Part shown: piece by piece, positions 21,358 through 25,221 of the stretch | How the letters are laid out: each line of letters opens with the position of its first letter | How positions within the stretch are numbered: the stretch's first letter is position 1 | From: Thraustochytrium aureum | Taxonomy: Eukaryota | DNA length: 25,221 bases | Assembly: GCA_012862495.1 (NCBI GenBank) | Contig: BLSG01000208.1 | Coordinates: 167,439 to 192,659, forward strand | Direction: 5' to 3' | Notes under the pieces: generated by a model | Database searches by the model: none | Seen by the model: only the letters and a program-made list of their open reading frames with translations | Told to the model about the DNA's origin: nothing | Made by a program: the position numbers and the translations under genes

Positions 21358-24037
21358 CTACATGTCGTAAAGCTGCTTGAGCGAGGCAATGTCGCGCTTG
21401 TCCGCGAGCGCGATCTGGTCAAAGCGCTCCATGCAGGTCATGCAAATGCGAAGATAGGCCCAGATGTGATGCGCCTCTGGGTTGAGGTCCAGAGCCTTGA
21501 GGTAGCAGCGAGCGGCGTCCTTGTAGTTGCCAAGGTTGGAGTGGCTTATGCCGAGGTTGAGCCATCCCCGCGCGTAGCGCGGCTTGGCTTGGAGCGCCTG
21601 GTGGTACATCGCGATGGCCTCCTCGGACCGGCCGCTGTTGGCAAGCGTGGCCCCAATCTTGTTGAGCAACCCATAGTCGTCTGGCCGCGCCTTGAGGGCG
21701 CGCTGGAACGCAATCACAGCCGAGTTGTAGTCGCGGCTGACGTTGAAGAGCACGCCAAGGACCTCTTGCACGTCTGCGTCGTTGGGGGCCCACTCTTGCG
21801 CCTTGAGCATGAGCTGCATGACGTTGTCCATCAAGCTGCCGTCACCGTACATGTCCTCGGCGACCTCGAGGCCGATAAACTGCGGGTTGTTCATGACCCA
21901 GGCCTTGAGGTTCTTCAGCGCGCGCTCCTGATCCAGCTCGTTCACGTAAGACACACCCAAACCGAGCAGGCCCTGAAGGTTGTGCGGATCCTGCTCGATG
22001 CAGTGCTCGATGCAGCGGATCGCTTTGGGGTCTTCGTCGTTTTCCTGGTGCGAAACGCCAAGCATGCGCCACGCCTCCGAGTGCGAGGCGTCCTTGCTCA
22101 CAGCAGCCTCGAAGGCAGAATCGCGTCCTTGAGCTTGCCCTGCCGGAAAAANNNNNNNNNNNNNNNNNNNNNNNNNNNNNNNNNNNNNNNNNNNNNNNNN
22201 NNNNNNNNNNNNNNNNNNNNNNNNNNNNNNNNNNNNNNNNNNNNNNNNNNNNNNNNNNNNNNNNNNNNNNNNNNNNNNNNNNNNNNNNNNNNNNNNNNNN
22301 NNNNNNNNNNNNNNNNNNNNNNNNNNNNNNNNNNNNNNNNNNNNNNNNNNNNNNNNNNNNNNNNNNNNNNNNNNNNNNNNNNNNNNNNNNNNNNNNNNNN
22401 NNNNNNNNNNNNNNNNCCATCTTGTTCATTGCTTCGTCGTTCCAGGCAGAGTCCAGGCTGCCAGAGGCCTCTTCCCAGGCCGCCTGAGCGCCATCGCTCG
22501 ACTGTTGCCATGCGGCGTCGAGTGGTGCATTCTTGAGCGATCCCTGCACGATAAAAGCGGCGCGTTGCATCGAGTTAGTGACAGATTGGCTCCTGGGGCG
22601 GGTTGCTGCGCGCTCGAAGGTTAGAGGGAACGGGGGGTTGGGGGTGGTTGGGTGAGTTGGGCGGGGAGAACTGGCTCGGGGAACGGTTCTCAAGGACTAG
22701 GCGGCAAGGGCGGGGTTGGTTTGGACATGGTCTCGCCGCTGCACAGAGGCGCCTCGCGACAGGGGCCGCTTCTTTCACGTCACTTGTGCTTACCTTGACA
22801 CCGGTCTCCACGACAGTGTTGTTCTCAAACGAAAGCTCGCCAGAGTTGACCTTGCTCATAAAGTCAAAAAACTCGGACTCGCGAAACTTTGGGTTGGAAG
22901 CCATCACCTTGACAAGGTCGTCCGTTGCGCGACGCGTCGCTTCCATGTCGGCCGCCGGCGTTGCCTGTTGCGCGCGCGAGGGAGTGGATGGTATGCGAAA
23001 TACGGCATCAAGCGCGTCAGCCCTCGCTCCCACTCCCCGGGCGGGCCAGGATCGTTCCGGTTCGTGGCCTCGGGGGCGGCGAGCGGCGGCTGGCAGCCGG
23101 TCCGACAGACAGCGCAAGCTCGCTTGCTCTCTCGCTCTTTCTTTCTTCTTTCTTTCTTCAGAGGGGTGAAGAAGCCAAGCGAGAGGGGACGCCGTGGCAA
23201 GGCTTGACGCGCTTGCTCGACCCGTCCAAGGCCCCGAGCGCGTCGCCAGCAAGATGCCGAGCACGACCGACACCGAAACGATCTGCTGGCCCGCCCAACT
23301 AACCAACCAACTGCGAGCCGCAACCAAGCCTTCGCGCGACCGACCAAGCCAACACACAGCCGACCCAGTTTGCTCGCCAAACGTACCTCGTCCTGCTTGG
23401 CGGCCTCTTCGGCCCACTTGGCCGCGTCGGGCGCCTCCTTTGGGCCAGCCATCTCTTGCGCCCACTGTTGTGCCGCAGGCGGCGGCTGTGCCGTGTTTTG
23501 CCATGCACGGTCCATCTGTGACGGCGGCGGCCGTGCAGCCATCTGCCCTGCCCATCTCTGCCCCATTGGCCGCGGCCCCTGGTGTTGCCTGAAGCTGTTG
23601 CGGTACGCCGCCTCCATGTGGATGTTGGCCTGCGGGGGGCCGCCCAGCTGCATCCGCTCAAAGTCGTTCACCCACTGGTCAGGCATTGGACCGCGCGCCA
23701 TGGGGCCGCGAGGGCCGTGCATCATGGGGCCTGCGCCTTGAGCGCGCTGCATCTGCTCGAATTCGGCCACGAAACCTGGCACGGCTCCGGGGCCGGCCAT
23801 CACTGGGCCGCGCGGGCCTTGCATGACGCCCATGCCCTGCGCAAACCCTTGGTCGACTTCGCTCATGGATTGCTGACCTCCTGGCCCGTACATTTGCCCT
23901 CCAGCGCCGAGGGGCGGGCCCTGTTTCTGCGGCCCGCCCATGGTCTGGTGCACAAACTGCGACAGCGGATTTCTCTGCGCGGCGGTGCCATCAGCCGCGC
24001 ACCCCTGCTGCCCCGCCAACGCCTTGAACGCGTCCAT
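21358..24037 (-). CDS. PEX5: Peroxisomal targeting signal 1 receptor PEX5; exons 24037-23387, 22964-22794, 22543-(gap 22416-22152)-21358, apparent 1-nt frameshift near 22117
   Basis: The N-terminus has the conserved Cys and NPL motif (GCAADGTAAQRNPL), then WVNDF and NPKFRESEFFDFMSKV. The C-terminal TPRs include EAWRMLG, LLNKIGATLANSGRSEEAI and YARGWLNLGIS. Introns 23386-22965 and 22793-22544 have canonical donors, CTGAC/CTAAC branch points and CAG acceptors, both phase 0. Confidence 0.96.
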
Positions 24038-25221
24038 CGTTCCTTCCGGGCTCCCGGCCGGCCTCCCGCACTACTGCCACGTCTCGTGACTTCGAGGTGG
24101 CCTTCTCGAAATCGTGTCGCGCCTGGCGCAAAAACCAACTTCCCTACGCGCCTCCACCCCGGCCTGCCAAGCGCAGACTGAGATGCCTGACCGTGCGCAG
24201 TAGCCTGCCTGCAATCTCTCGTCCTCTGCTGCTCGGCTGCGTTCGCGCACCCTGGTGGAGGTGTTGCTGGTCTGCTGTTCACTCGAGCAAGTGTGTCTCG
24301 CGCTCGCGAAAGATTGTCGTTCATGGGAAACTGCAAACTTCCACCGGCGCCAGCGGCCGTCTTGTTGCGATTCACCCTCGTGGCATCCCTGGGGGGAACT
24401 TGTACGGCGCTTCGGACGACGTTGACGTGTGCGAGGATGTTCTCGCTCGGCCTGGCCGGCGTTGTGGGCACTTGGTGCTCGTGGCTTTCCTGCTCGTTGT
24501 GCTGGTTAGCGGGTCTGTTGTGCGGTTTCGGAGGGCGCGACCAACAGCAACGAACATTTACACGCGAGTGGTGGGGCTCGTCAACGCGCGGGTTGGTGGT
24601 GCGGAATCTGGCTCCAAACCGAATCACCTCTAAACCAAATGCTGCCGAGTTGGAAACACAACGAGCACTATGTACTCGAGCACTGGGTTGAGCCAGCGCA
24701 AGGGCGGGGACCGGTAGGCATGGCCAGCGCGGAACGTTGAGCCGCGCAGTCCGCAAAAAGCGAAAGCGAAGGCGCAACCGCTACGGGGAAAGAAACCGCC
24801 TACGCTCGCATCCGTCCAAGCCACCTCTGCTGCCCCACGCTGTATCGATTGGGTTGGCCTCTGCACAAGGTCGACGATAAATCGTCCGATTTCGTTGCTT
24901 CCCTGGAGCTCCTCGCAGCTCGAGTGCGGTGCTTGGAGCGAGGCAGCTCTCGCTCGCGACTCCGCCTTTAGCCAGCTCTTTTGTGGAATCAAGCAAATCA
25001 ACATCAATCTTGATTGAAAGCATGGCCGGCTGCGCTGCGGCGATTCGCACAAGTCAGCAACTTGCAAGGGAACGAAAAGAGCAACGAGATTGTTCGTTCA
25101 CACAACAACACAAGGTGATTTTTGAACGCTCTGTCTGCCGGAGTGCGAGTAGGTACTTACGCAGGTACGCGCTAGCATGGAGTACCCTGCCTCGATCAAT
25201 CAACCAGTAGAGGGCTCTTGC

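Noticed and set aside
7542..22117. Programmed frameshifting or pseudogene status for OPB and PEX5
   Set aside because: Both shifts lie within ~35 nt of contig ends, are fixed by one extra G, lack slippery sites, and the genes are otherwise intact.
77..24037. A lipid/peroxisome/ER functional gene cluster (PIG-S, desaturase, phospholipase-like, PEX5)
   Set aside because: The genes are interspersed with unrelated housekeeping genes (centrin, OPB, SMU1) on mixed strands, and no shared pathway is evident.
24097..24633. 178-aa plus-strand ORF with a hydrophobic stretch, and the overlapping 304-aa minus-strand ORF 23863-24777
   Set aside because: Neither begins at an ATG or has recognisable motifs, and both overlap the PEX5 upstream region. 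Long chance ORFs are common at this GC content. A small real gene cannot be excluded.

Overview
A GC-rich eukaryotic scaffold segment with GT-AG introns (CTRAC branch points) and eight N-gaps. The centrin sequence points to a stramenopile, possibly a labyrinthulomycete/thraustochytrid-like protist (inference). Nine protein genes are supported, in order: GPI transamidase subunit PIG-S (-); a 148-aa signal-peptide/coiled-coil/TM protein with an ERGIC-53-like tail (+); centrin (-, 4 coding exons); a membrane-bound His-box fatty acid desaturase lacking a cytochrome b5 domain (+); oligopeptidase B (+); a patatin/cPLA2-like protein with degenerate catalytic motifs (+); the spliceosomal WD40 protein SMU1 (+); an orphan Q-rich, probably nuclear protein with a compact beta-rich domain (+); and the peroxisomal receptor PEX5 (-). 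About 4.5 kb (14770-19250) has no convincing CDS. Several gaps and frameshifts look like assembly artefacts. I see no rRNA, tRNA, CRISPR array or intact mobile element, and no convincing new multi-gene system. The best leads are the orphan protein, the bacterial-style desaturase, the possible pseudo-phospholipase, a symmetric PEX5 exon carrying the PEX7-binding motif, and recurrent intergenic palindromic motifs.
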